From Lepidodermella squamata (Eukaryota; Animalia; Gastrotricha): a stretch of DNA of 64,000 nucleotides. The stretch lies in assembly GCA_047495785.1 (NCBI GenBank), contig JBLDXI010000021.1:496001-560000 (forward strand), in the 5' to 3' direction. Under the pieces are notes generated by a model. That model was given only the letters and a program-made list of their open reading frames with translations. It was not told where the DNA came from and searched no databases. Shown piece by piece: positions 1-12,800 of this stretch (the first letter of the stretch is position 1; each line of letters begins with the position of its first letter). A program made the translations under genes and the position numbers.

Positions 1-70
1 GATTTCAGCATTTTTCGTAAGCAACTTGCGTCCAAGCCACAATGATATATTTCTATTATAACTTTTTCAG

Positions 71-448
71 CATTTGATTGTCCATGGTACAACAGCTCCT
101 ATTATTTTAACATTCGAAACACGTCAAACAGAACCGTCAACATATATAATTATTGCAGAACCGAAATACGGCTGGTTTGTGGACCTTTGATAATTGATTT
201 CAAAGATAACTCCGATGTATTTCTAGGGCGTTAACTACCTTAACCAGACCGCCAATATTACATCCAAGTCTTGCGCATTCACCTGTATTCCTGCTGTCAA
301 CGTTCGGTGCTGCGACTATAATGGATGCAATCATGGAAAGAAGGCTGTCGATTCTAAAGAGGCGATAATCATCCTACCATTTATTTTGATTTTGCTGTAT
401 TCAAGTGACATATTTAACGATTTTAATTTTATACGCAAACTATCCTGA
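71..448 (+). CDS. Ly6/uPAR (three-finger) protein 1, 5'-truncated by window; probable GPI anchor
   Basis: Exons ~71-174 and 227-448 read FDCPWYNSSYYFNIRN...YCRTEIRL/GVNY...SCAFTC...RCCDYNGCN, then the hydrophobic tail AIIILPFILILLY. CCxxxxCN is the LU-domain signature. Not in the ORF track. Confidence 0.8.
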
Positions 449-792
449 TGCTAAAAAGTCACATAAACCGTATTTTTTGTATTGGAAATCGCAGCATGGT
501 TATATTAACCAAGCAAGGGCCTAGAAAGTTGCGCCTGCTTGTAAGCTGAGATATAAAAGTATCGAGGGGCAGTTCCCCACCTAAAAAAATAGGAAGGCGT
601 CAATGGTCTTACGGTTTGCTTACTAAATACTCTTTGACTCGTGATTTAGGGCAGTGCATGTAGTAACATTCATGGAGGGAGATTCTAAACGTGACGTGTT
701 TTTCTCTCGTCTTGTGCACCCAGCAGTAATAATGCACATGTTCGAGTCACTCATCGACTCTGTAATGCACTCGGAACTTGAAATCTTTCGAG

Positions 793-1478
793 ATGCACGA
801 AATGGGCGCGACATCGGTTAATGTTTTTTTCATAAACATAAGGCATAGCTACTCGTCCAGATTGTTTCGCGGTGTTATTCTAGTGCTAACGATATGTTTC
901 GGAATTTCCCAATGCCAATCTGGTCGGCAATCTCGGGCTGTTTACAGATGTGTGCAATGCGGTCCGTGCACTTCCGTAAATTTGACTTGTAAGCCGGCAG
1001 TTTTATGCAAAAACTAAAGCCATAAAGCCAGTTATTCCATCGCAGACAGTGACTGCCCTTTCTACAACACTTCTACTTGGTACTACAATGTCCGTAACGT
1101 CAGGCCATACAACATTGGAGTAAATCAATCAGAACTTAACGGCTCGGTTATCATCAATCTCTACTACTACTGCACTACTGTTGGTGTCGTAAATTTCTTA
1201 CCACTGACAAAGGTTGCGAGAAAACTTGATTCTGTACGTTATAGGGAACCGATCAGCACAATATGACATACTATCGCAGTTGCGCAGATACCTGCACGCC
1301 AAGCAGAACCGCAAGTGGTTACACCCTATGTTGCGGCTGGAATGGCTGCAATGCATTGGCTCCGCCGAAACTTCAACAAGACTCCTATTTGGCCGTGATA
1401 TCAACTTTCATTGCGCTAGTTTCTGTGATCCAGTATTGGCCAAAGATTCTTAGTAATGAGCATAGACAAATAAATTGA
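793..1478 (+). CDS. Ly6/uPAR (three-finger) protein 2
   Basis: Hydrophobic leader (GVILVLTICFGIS), then a spliced 10-Cys pattern CVQC-GPC-DCPF-YCT-SCADTC-CCGWNGCN and a hydrophobic C-terminus. DCPFYNTSTWYYNVRN resembles gene 1. Start codon uncertain. Confidence 0.8.
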
Positions 1479-1760
1479 ATTGTTCGATTGTTTTTATAAG
1501 GAAGGGATAGGTTCAAAAGCTCCGATTGGATCCGCTATCAGTAATTCATAGGTTGGCGTCAGCGAATTTCATCCTGGTGATGATAGAAGGAGATTTTTTG
1601 AGGCTGCTCTCGTTGGCAGTTTACTATTACGAGAGCTTCAAAACACTCCAACTAACAATATTAATTTGCCAACAACAGCTTACTGTCATAATATTTACTT
1701 ATCTATTGTCTAAGTATTATGTTCACTTTTTTGTCAATGTGGCATGTGACATTTCAAAGG

Positions 1761-2155
1761 ATGTTGGGCTACTTCGTTTTACTGTCAATATTCTTCGATT
1801 TTTGTAACGCAGTAGAATGCTACATGTAAGGGTTATTAAATTTCCGAGAATAAAAATCTAATTTGCAAACTTGTCCTTCAGGTGTAGGAACTGCGAACAG
1901 GTTTACGGCGATCCTTATAGTGCACCGATTGTCAAGTGCCCATGGTCAAGCGGAGGAAGTTATTGCGCCAAAGCTACCATTTACTACCCAGCCGAAAAAA
2001 TCGTCAAATATTGCACCACCAACTGTTCAAACGAGGTGAATCAGATGTTCCGACTTGACTGCTGCTCCTCTGATCAATGCAACTCGAGTTGGATGTCCCA
2101 GTATCTGGACAAATCTTTGCTTTCACTATTTTATTTGATATTTATTTTGTGGTGA
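1761..2155 (+). CDS. Ly6/uPAR (three-finger) protein 3
   Basis: Signal peptide MLGYFVLLSIFFDFCNA, then VECYM/CRNC across intron 1826-1881. Ten Cys ending CCSSDQCN, and a hydrophobic GPI-type tail LLSLFYLIFILW. Confidence 0.85.
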
Positions 2156-2410
2156 ATAAAAAGTGTTAATAAGTTCGAGACAAATTGACTTCTTAATCAA
2201 AACATGTTTTTAGACGATTGACGGATCGCTGAATCCTCTTGAGAAAAGCTTTTCGACACCTCTAGCAAACAGCTATCACCACTTGAGGCAATAAACAATA
2301 GATGAGACAGTCCCAATTCGCTCCAATATGGTCGCAGAAGAGGGGGCCGGCTGATAATATTAAAATCCAACTTGAACTAGAAATTAAATCATAATTCTAA
2401 ATCTTCCCAA

Positions 2411-3128
2411 ATGAGCTCAGAAATTGAAGTAGCGAATAAAGATTCGACATTTGACGATTACGGCCTCCAAGAGGATAATTTGGTAGGTGAATCATTACAA
2501 CGCTTTTTAATACAATATTGTCTTTTATTCTACACAGGCAGGCGATCTGTTTCGCCGTATAGATGACAGCATCATTTCTAGGGAAACGAAGATAGTTGGC
2601 GCTGCCCTTGGTTTTTGTTTTCTGTGCTCAGTTTTAATTCTTATTAGCTACTGCATTAAACGGGCGTCCACTCCAGCTGCCCAATACGATGATTCGCCAG
2701 AGAAGTTCGTGGAAATAATGCGCGATTACATGCTGGCTGAAACGAAAATCCACAAAGAAGAAATTCGCCAAGCTCGGGCTGATTTCATGCGATCGATTGC
2801 CAATGAAGAGGAAGAGCCTGGGAAAATAAGTCAGGACGATATCAAATACATCCCCAACGAAACGTTGAAAGAAATTGTAATACGACCCCTGGAGCTAGCC
2901 AGTGCTGTCAGTTTCGCGCACAAGCCTGCTTGTAACACTGAGAAGCGGAGAAGAAGCGATACTGTCCCACGAGTACAATTCCTTCGCGAAGAAACTTTCA
3001 ACGTTTCGGACGAGAGTTTTTCTTTCAAGAGTGGGCTTTCGGAATCCGGGACAGCATCCAGCGACAATGATCCCTCCTCATCAGAAACTTTAACCATTCC
3101 GAACATTCTGCATGTCTCAAAGCAGTGA
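2411..3128 (+). CDS. Orphan single-pass membrane protein A (short N-terminus, TM helix, disordered tail)
   Basis: ATG 2411; intron 2483-2537 joins in frame to ORF 2709-3128. TM IVGAALGFCFLCSVLILISYCI followed by KR. Tail contains RVQF. Confidence 0.65.
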
Positions 3129-3534
3129 TTAAAAACTAGTCTGTTATGCAACCAGTCTGGAACTGGATAATTTTCGATAATCATTAAATATTCGTTAGAT
3201 CGTACTGATAAAGAGCTGAGTTCTAATCGATGCAGTTTTTGTCCCATTGCAGCAAAAAAATAGAAGTGCCGCTCCTCATCTCACCAACCATGATTACTCC
3301 CGAGATTCAAACTCGCTAATAGGGTCCTAATAATTCGGCATTTTCCAGTATATCAATGCGGCTCAGACACTCGTGATGATTAAATTACTGAATCAATACG
3401 ACCGATTGGGAAATAAAATAACAGCAGGCAACTTTGCTTGCCTATCTCTAGCTGTAAAACCGAAATTGTCGTTTTTTTTGTTCAGCCAACAAATAATTTT
3501 CGCCCATTAAATTTGATAATTGACACCGGAAAAC

Positions 3535-4631
3535 ATGGTTAATGGAACATTAGCTCCATTGATGAAGCTACCTGGCCCACCCCAGCCATCATTATCGAAT
3601 TCGGAAGAGGAGGAGCTGCAATTACTAGCAGAGACGGCAATGTCAGGGCCGATATTTTTCAAACACGACCAGCCGAGTAGAGTTCATTTATGGGATGGAA
3701 TTTACTACAACTCAGCTGGCAACCATTCGCATGGATTTAGAACTGAATTGGTATTTTATTTCAAATTTTCATACAGAGATCTAATGTTATAATTTTCAGC
3801 AAGACATTTCATTCGTTCCCAGGTATCCATCGAGTCCTATAGTTTGTATTGTCTCAAATAATTTTTTGCAGAGACGATGAGATGTTCGACAAAACTGTAG
3901 CAGAAATCACCGTGGTTTTCTCTTGTTTCATCGTCGTTGGATTTATAGCATTTTCAATCGTCTACGGCACACGGGTGGTTGCCCTTACAGCCATAGAAAT
4001 TCCGAAGTGCGAAAGCACAGATGATTCGAATGAGACAACTAAGGAATCAGAGTACGATGAAATCGCCGGGGATCAAGCAATGCCAGAAAGCTCAGCTATT
4101 TTAAAGCAGCCCCAACCAACACAAACTGCTATTAGTATGGACGACAGTATGATAACGTCACAAGGAGCAGTATCAAATACGAAGCGATCAGTCTCATTCG
4201 CGGATGAAATCAGCGCATTCATGCCAGCTAGAACGCCATCTTCCTGCCGATCGTCAACTGCCACTTTAACCAGGGTCAGCGTGTTTCCGTCTACGCCAGC
4301 TAATAAACGAAGCTGCCAGGCAGAAAATTTGTTCCCCCTAATTAAACCTACCTTTGCCGGTCAGTCGCTCTACGACTTTCCGACCCAGCGCTATGTAGAT
4401 GCAGCGAATAACCAGCCTCCCCGATCAATTAGCACAGATGTAGGCCGGAAAATATCTAATCGGCCTCTTCAGCATCGTACTAGCGAAGACTTTATTTGTT
4501 CTGACTACACCTTGACCGGTTCATACAGTTCGGTGACCGATGGCCTTTACGCTATGGAGAGAGTGGGAGGTGGCGCTGGCTATCCTAGCAGCGAAATATT
4601 TGTACCGGAACATATTATCAAACCTCGATAG
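3535..4631 (+). CDS. Orphan single-pass membrane protein B
   Basis: Exons ~3535-3750, 3800-3822 and 3872-4631 splice in frame. TM ITVVFSCFIVVGFIAFSIVYG, then a Ser/Thr/Pro-rich tail with KRSVSF and several Tyr motifs. Confidence 0.7.
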
Positions 4632-5537
4632 CAGTAGAGAGAAATTGATTTCCTATTGCGATATCACACTTTATGCCGTCGATTTTATTGTTCGCAGCTT
4701 GACATTTTCCTCTTTTTATATTCCATTTTTCACACAAGGAGAAAATAAGAAAAGCACTTGACTCAATGACTTGTTTTATGTGACACTTCTTGAAAGCTCA
4801 GAGGAACCATTCGCTTGCCAATTCGCAGGGACCTCAACTTTCCAAGAATAAACTAACCTCATTTTTATAGTCCTTTCTCAGAATCGACCGGATCGTTGGA
4901 CGGTTAATGCTTGGTATACGAAATCTACCTTAAGAAATTATTACATGCAATCAAGTTATTAATTTTCAGAGATCAAGTAAGTTTTCATGCGATCGGGAAG
5001 TTTTGATCTTTACCGAGGTAAAAACTGATAATTAACGAATTAACCGCTGTATTAAATGATATCATGTGTTTAGGTGCAATTGGTTAACTATAAGAGAGGA
5101 AAAGAGCAGCCATATAGGAACATGATTAGCAAGTTGGCTTTTGTTTCCATCGCCACATGCATGAATAAATAATAATTATAACACATGCCTTGATGTAGTT
5201 TGCTGACTCTGTGCGCACTTTACGCTCTTCATAGCGCTGCGAGACACAAAAATCGAACATCAAGCCGACTACGAAGAGCCTATTTGTTTCAAATATAGTA
5301 TATTTTCTTGCTATATGGTATAAAATGCGCTTATCATTGGCAGAAAATGAATGCGATGCGCATGCGGTAGGTGAATGACTTGAGCAGTAATCATGGCTAA
5401 AGCCGGAAAATTCACGTAAATATTGCGAACTTTGTTTATTTATTGCATGAATTTCAAAATTTTGCGGAAAATCCATCGTTCTTGTAGAGCTTATTATTAT
5501 TTGCCGCTCTTGAACGTGGCGCATCATTTTACCACTA

Positions 5538-6655
5538 ATGAGCTACCTATTTTCTTGTATATATTCCATTGTTGAAATTATGTTGAATTCAAACAGGTAC
5601 GGCCTACTAGCCTCGGCGCCGTCTGAAGTTTTTCACTTCGCCGACTACCAGCCGAAAATCAAAGGTGGGCAGACCGGACACATCCTGTATGAACAGGTCA
5701 GTTGCTTCGAAATTTCGATTTCCCTAACAAGATTGGAGGAAAATAAAGGGTCTAAATATTTGCATAACTAAAAATGATTTAGCGTCCTGGCACTAAATTT
5801 TTCCGATTCTTAGCAATTTCGGCTTTTTCGTCTGATGATCGATAGTCATGCCCTCTCTGTATCTGGGATTTTTTATTTTAGCTACATGGAACCTTAAGCT
5901 ATGAAGAAAAATTATCGATGTTGGTTTCCAATATTGAAAATATCCCTGATACTTGGAATCTATACCGGCTCTGCAGGCTGAAGTATTAATCAGTGTGTAG
6001 TTTCGAATTCAGTGCTGGAACCTTGGCTGGAACCCTAAATTTAGGGTGTGCACTCGACACACCTCGAAATAACGCTATTTTCTCTTCAGAATTTCAGCTT
6101 TCAGCCGAATTTTCAGATTGAGAGAAAGGTTCAATCTCATCATTTCGTATCATTTCAAGGATCGATATGTAGCTTGCTTTATACCCTTATTCGTTTTCAT
6201 TTCAGAATATTGTTATGCCCAATGCAATCGAGGAATATATTGGCACATACATATTCTTGGGATTCAGCCTGGCTGCCGTAATTGGTTTCATCCTGTTTTC
6301 GTTCTTTTGCGCCCGAAATTTACTCAAAGCCTCGTACAAGGACAAATACATCAAAAGATCTGCTGAGCGTGAAATCAGTGTAAGTACCAGTGACGATGAA
6401 TCGAAACTCAACCCTAACACGCAGGCGGACGATTTCATGCTTCAACTTATCCAAATACAACGAGATGTGATACGCGATCTATCCGGCATGAGTAAAACTG
6501 GCGGTGATAGTTCAGCGAAAACCTTTCTAGAAACTTCTAGTCAAACTGATCGGAGTCAAGTAAACAGCCCCAAGCGGCATGCCGTCTTCCAATCTTCCGT
6601 AATGCTGCCATCGATGAAACGCATCGGATGGCGGGACAACGTGGCATTTGTTTAA
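5538..6655 (+). CDS. Orphan single-pass membrane protein C (5' structure uncertain)
   Basis: The exon ending ...ILYEQ (donor ~5697), a possible 42-nt middle exon (~5882-5923) and exon ~6208-6655 are all phase 0. TM YIFLGFSLAAVIGFILFSFFCA; C-terminal KRIGW. Confidence 0.6.
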
Positions 6656-8188
6656 CGAGTCATTCGGTTTTATTGAACTTTCTCAGTTTTTTATTCGACT
6701 TTCAGTGACAGCGGCTCAATCGGCCGGCCTAACCTCGCTGCGTGTATTATAATCCATTTTTCATGTAAAGAAACGTTTGAACACCATACAGCATATATAT
6801 ATATGTAAAATCTGTAGAATTATAATTTTCTGTACAAAAGAATTTTTCGCGACGACAATATGTAGAGAATTTTAGAAGTGGTAATTTTATATATGTGAAT
6901 AGTTTTGCACAATTTTTCGGAACGGCACTTTACATAATATTGTTGTTAAATAGGGTCTTTGAAAAATTACTCGATTTTTTTTCCATGAAGGTATTACTCG
7001 CTTTGTACATGAATATGCATCGTATAAAATATCTTCCTTCGTTCGAATTTTTATATAAAAAAATCAACCAAAGATTTTTTGAAAAAATTAAACAGAGAAC
7101 GTTCTTCTGCACAGAATTATTTTGCGTTATTATTATATTTTTTCAAGCTTATTCGGTTCGATTTTAGCGGATCGTCTTCCTCTAGAAAACACGCAATCAG
7201 AAACAAGAAAACTGCGCTGCTAATTGTAAAACCAACCACAGCGTTGAAATGGCGATTTGACATGCAAAAAATGAGTGTAGAGAAAGATTCTGCAGTTTTT
7301 GCTATAACTCAAGGGCATTAGGTATAACAAGGACGAGTTTTCGAGAAGGCGCGCACAACCGCATATCAGGACATCCGAGTAGTTGTCAAAAGTAGCAACA
7401 ACAAGCTGGAATTTTCCAGCTGGGAATTTTACGGAAACAGGTTTTCGGTGCTTTGTTCGATTGAAGGAAGGAAAAAAAAACGATAGAAGTGACGGACACG
7501 CGCTTTTGGCAGTAAGTTCCACACACGCACATAAAAGGCTTATGAAGATCGGGTATTATTGTTGAAACATAAAAAACTACTAATATTATTATAGTATCTG
7601 AATTACATTCACGGCAACCATGATCACTGGATGAATTTTTCATAAAACTGATGAGCTCGTAATTAGAAGAGAACACGAAAATTGTCATCGTTACGAGTGA
7701 TAGCTTGTAGATAAAAGAAAACAAAAGAGTGACTCGCAATTTTTCTAAAATAATAACATTCATGTTTTTCAAGTATTTCAACGCGTATCAGTTAACATTC
7801 ACCGGAAGCACGCGACGGACGGTTGAAGAGTTAATGCATCGCATTGTAAAAAAAAAGATGAACTTCATCGTATTTACTATCGGTTTGATTCTCGCTAGAT
7901 TTTCATATTCAACAAAGGCTTTCAAAACGACATAGGGCACTCCAATGTAACAATAGGTAGCAAAACAAATTTTTTAAATGTTAAGAAGATAATTTGTATA
8001 TTTACATATCGCTTCTTTGTATAAAAAATTAGTCGATGCCAAGCTGATAAAAATTTGAATATTTCATTACATAATGTATATATTTATGTATATTTGACGT
8101 AATGAGAGACTTGTGTGACTAAATTTTGCTTGCAGCCAGGCATAACTGGTGCAAGGGCGGTCCAGCTATACCAGGACGAGGGCCGATA

Positions 8189-9823
8189 CTACCGCAGATG
8201 AGGCAGCGCGACTAGCACGGCAGCAGAAAGGGCGAGTAGAGACACCAAAGAAGGCGCAGAAATAAACGCTGCGCCCAATTGCTGAGCTGGTTGTAGGGGG
8301 TTAGGGCACCATGTTCCTTGGCAGTGAGTTGTTTCTATATCCAAAAAAAATCAGCTTAAAAAACAATAAATCCTATAAAATTTCCGATTTACCGTAGAAA
8401 TAGACGATAGAACAGCTGGCACCTAGCGCGTTCTGACCCGAACACATGTAGTAGCCGTAATGCGAATTTTTCACGTTTTTAATCTCCAGTCGAAAGAGCC
8501 AGGAGTCGAACTGTAAAAATATAAAAAAACATTAATTTCACGGCAAAATATAATCGTTAGAAAAATCGAAATATTTGGCAATTAAATTATTTTGAAAATT
8601 ATTTGGGACTTCATCAATCGATGGAAGGGTCCCGTGGCTTTTTGGAATTTTTTATTTAATTTCGGCAAAATATTCCGATTCTATCCTTTAGATTTCATTG
8701 ATGTAGAAATATTCTATACTTACGCTATCTGGCATTTGGTGATGGGAGAGAAACAGCTCTGATGTTTGTTTCAGCGGGCCTTGATCAATCTCCCACATTT
8801 TGAAGCACTCTTGCTGCGACGCGCCTTCCATTTGATAGACGAGTTCCAACGCCCCGAAAGGCCCATTTGTCGCAAGCATCGACGCATTTTTCGTCGGCTT
8901 CACCTTGTAGTAGTACATTTCCGGGTTCGGGAAGCCCGTCACGCGGCAATCCAAATGGCTGTAGTAATTTTTATTCGGCGCCTGGCCAACCTCTCGCTGC
9001 ATAGCTGACGATGACGGCCTGTAATGAACTTGCAACTGAATATCATATTGAGCCATTTCAATGTCATCAGGATCAACGTTATTCTTCGCCGAACACCGGT
9101 ATAACCCAGCGTCTGTCTGTTCAATGTTTTTGATGGTGAGCGTTTCGCCGTACATGATCCACGCGCCGTCTTTAAATCGAATATTTTTGTTGCCCTTGGC
9201 ATCGAGGCCAGCATACCGCGACCACGTGATATTCGGGTGAGGCTGGCCGCTAGCTTTGCATATGAGTTTAACCTCAGCTTCGTTAAGGTGGGCTGTAACA
9301 ACTGGCTTCATCGCCTCTAAATTGATCCTGGGCGGAACGACGATGGTTAGCCGAGCCAGCCTGCCAGTTTCTTTCGAAACATGGCCAGAAATGTAAAGAT
9401 CGCATTTGTAAAGACCACCATCGAGCATTTGCAATTTGTGAATGATCAGCTCGTAAATATTCACTCCACTCGTTGCATCAGACTAGAAAATATCAAAATT
9501 AATTTGATTCGACGCGAGATAGAAATTCTTACCTTATAAACAAGAATATCGTACTTTCTGATATGGGTGACCTCATCGAAAGTGTCGGCTTTAATGACGC
9601 CGTCAGCAGAAATCACATTTTGGGTGTCGACCTTCGTCCACATAACAGTCACGCCTGGGACAACGTTAGCAACCATGCAAAGCAGCCGCGCGGTGCCGCC
9701 AATTTTCAGCACTTCAGGATGTATAACCACGTCCTGAATTTGTGGCAGTTGGCACCGGTTGCCGGGTATAATTAAAACGACTAATAGCGTCGTTAAACAA
9801 ATCGGTATATTCATTCTAATCAT
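8189..9823 (-). CDS. Lachesin/amalgam/DIP-like three-Ig-domain cell-adhesion protein, probably GPI-anchored
   Basis: Signal peptide. Ig motifs ARLLC..VMWTK..DGGLYKC, LICKASGQPHPNITW..DAGLYRC and LDCRVTGFPNP..YGYYMC. Four coding exons; the last gives ETTHCQGTWC plus a hydrophobic tail SLVSLLALSAAVLVAL, stop at 8189-8191. Confidence 0.85.
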
Positions 9824-12800
9824 CTAAATAAATAGTAATAAAAAATTAGTGTGAACTGGTGCCAGAAGGGTAGTAAGTAGTAAAAGGCTTATGGCCTGGT
9901 GCGGCGTCTGTTTTACATGCTGTATCGCAATTAATAAATCTGCAATATTTCGACCAGCGCATGCGCATATGTTGTCCCAGTAGTCCGGACGTGGACGAGC
10001 GCAGATCTCACACTTCCGGTCAATTTCCGATCTTTTTATGTCTCTTCTGGCTGTCTGCGCATTTTGTTAATACAAAGTGATAGATGAAAGGAGCGCGCGC
10101 GGCCTAGTGTCTCTACGACTAATGCCAACAAATAAAAACTGTTGGCTACAAATCAGCAGTACCTGGCTGTCTAATTAATAAATATTATTTACGTTATATA
10201 AAGCACGACCTAACAGAGCGTAGTTATGAGTACATGTGAGTGAGACAGCAGAGAAGCGGGTCAAGTGTTGTAACGTATCCAGCAAATATTGGCCGACAAA
10301 TCACTGCTTCCGTATCGCCTTAATTGACCTATTCGTCGAGAGTTGGGGGTGATTGGTAAATATGTAGCGGGTATGCTGTGACTTTGACAGGCCGGAGTGC
10401 CACATCTCTGACAACCGCAATTAGATAGTAGTAGTAGGTATGTATGTATGTATAGGTATAGCATTATTAAACCTGGATGCGGATAAATCAGACCATCTAA
10501 GCCCGTTGGTATATATACATTTTTCAAGAGCATATTGTCATGGCTTTGCTGCGAAGGCGAGGTAATGGAGTTATTACAGCCAGCTATTGTGCGAATATAA
10601 GGATTTTTATACGCGCTTGATGCCGACATCTAGCGACCCTCTTGTAGCTGTGAGGTCTAATATGATCACATTACAAATGAGTCAAGAAAGCTGTTTGCTT
10701 TGTACCGGAACCTCGCCGAACAATAATAATATTAGCTGCGCGGTGGTGGCAATGGACAACGGCGCTGCCGAGCGGCATCCAGGTAGTAAATGGTGACAAG
10801 AATGAGAAGCCGAAGACAAATGAGGGCTTATCATTATATAAGGTGGCTCCATATACTCAAAACGGTGCTTTCGCGGTAAGTTAGACAGCCCGTGACCTCT
10901 GTGACATGGAACGTTTAATTGCCGGCACCAAACATGCAAGCCATAACGAGTCACAGAGTATCAAAGCCGGGTAGCGGCGATGAAAAAATAAGCGCGCATC
11001 ACTCAGAATAATCGAGCTTGAAAATAATAGCTTCGAAAATCCAGGCATGCGCTAGGTAGGTAGCCAATAATACTATATATGTATATAGCGTATACAAATA
11101 GAAAAATCTGAACAATAAGGAAATAAAGGCTATATAATAATAGCTATTTTCAAGTGGGGCCGGCATGTCACCGAATGAAACTCTCTAGTATTTGAATTTA
11201 GACAACCAGAAAACACAAATCGCCTTCGGTAGGGCTATTGCAGGCGAAAGCGAGACGAATATAATGAGAACGAGAATAATAGAAAAATAATAATAATGAT
11301 TTTGCAAAAATAACAAGCCTATAATGTTTAATACGGTAATATGTTCGGCACCTACGCCCCGTATTGCACAAAGCGGAACTTGTTTGTAATGAATGATTAG
11401 CGCCGGCCACGAATAAATTGGATTTGGAAAAAAGGAATGCGCACCACGGTACACTGCCACTCGCGACGATAAAAAAAAAGGTTGGCAATGTGAAAATGAA
11501 ACGGCTACGTCTATCTAATCAGTGGACTGTCACTCTGGTGCGATAGCGTGGCCATAAGTCCTTAGGGAAAAAACCAATACGAGACCATGATAACGAAGTA
11601 AAAAACGCGTGCGGGGCAGCGATTCATTGCGTAAGTAAACAAAAGTATCCACTTATTGGCGTAGCGGATGAATAATAAGAAAACTTTTTACTACTATAAT
11701 ATAGGGTGTTTACAGTTGTAAAAACAAGTGTCAAAACCGACGAGGAAAAAGTGCGCTTGAAATGACGCGATGATGTATAAGATCATACTCGAGCACGTAA
11801 CCGCAGAGAGCAAGAAGCCGCGAAACATATAAGTATCACTACGGTAATAAGGAAACATGGTAATCAAAAGTGTATACCTACAACTGTTTACGCGCCCTAA
11901 TGCTGCTAGAAAGCAAACACATAAAACACCCTCGGCCAGTCCTGTCTATCAGAGTGAGTGAGACATTAATAGTATACATAATAGTAATATCGGAAGAAAT
12001 ATGACAAGGATCATAGCGCATGGAGTTTTTGCCTCGTATGTTTACTCTCTGAAATTGCGCACGCGCTAACTACTCGGTTTACGCGCGAGCGCGGCATCTG
12101 CTGAACGATCTTTTACCGGCGCGGTTGTTGTTGTTAGTCGCTCGTAAAACAATGTCCACATTATTATTTATATAATATATTTTTCATTTCGTCCACACAT
12201 TACCAACATCATCATCATCATCAGAGGCATCATCATCATCTGTGCCAATATTAATACAAAATGTATAATATGCGACAAAGTTTCTGCCTCGCCCTCGTCT
12301 CAAACGCGGCCCTACCTGCCTTTTCATCAACATAATAACAAAAATCTCTGCTAAGTGTATACAATGCATATATTTTACGGCCACCACGGCAGACGAGCAG
12401 CAGGTAGCGTTAGAAAGCAGGCGCAATTAGCTGAAAAGAGAGGTGCTAATCTCACAAAGTTGTTGTCTATTTCGTTGGCCACAACGGAAGTGAGCGACGC
12501 ATTCTAAAATGAAAGAATAATGAGCCGCTCGCACCACTAGCATCGATACACGTCGTAAAAACATTGTTTTAAAACTAAAACCGTGCCATTTCTGTGATTA
12601 GAAAACGCCAAACTAAGGTAGGTATTACATAAATATATGTAAATAATCAACTATTGGCCTTACAAATCAAACGTAGGTATGCCAAGTTAGTAAAGCCAGA
12701 AAGTTAGAGAACTATAACGATGGGTAAAACTTATTTCTCAGTGCATGCATGTACACAAGCCATTTAGCGCTCGATTTTTGGTATAAATTGATTTTTTTCG

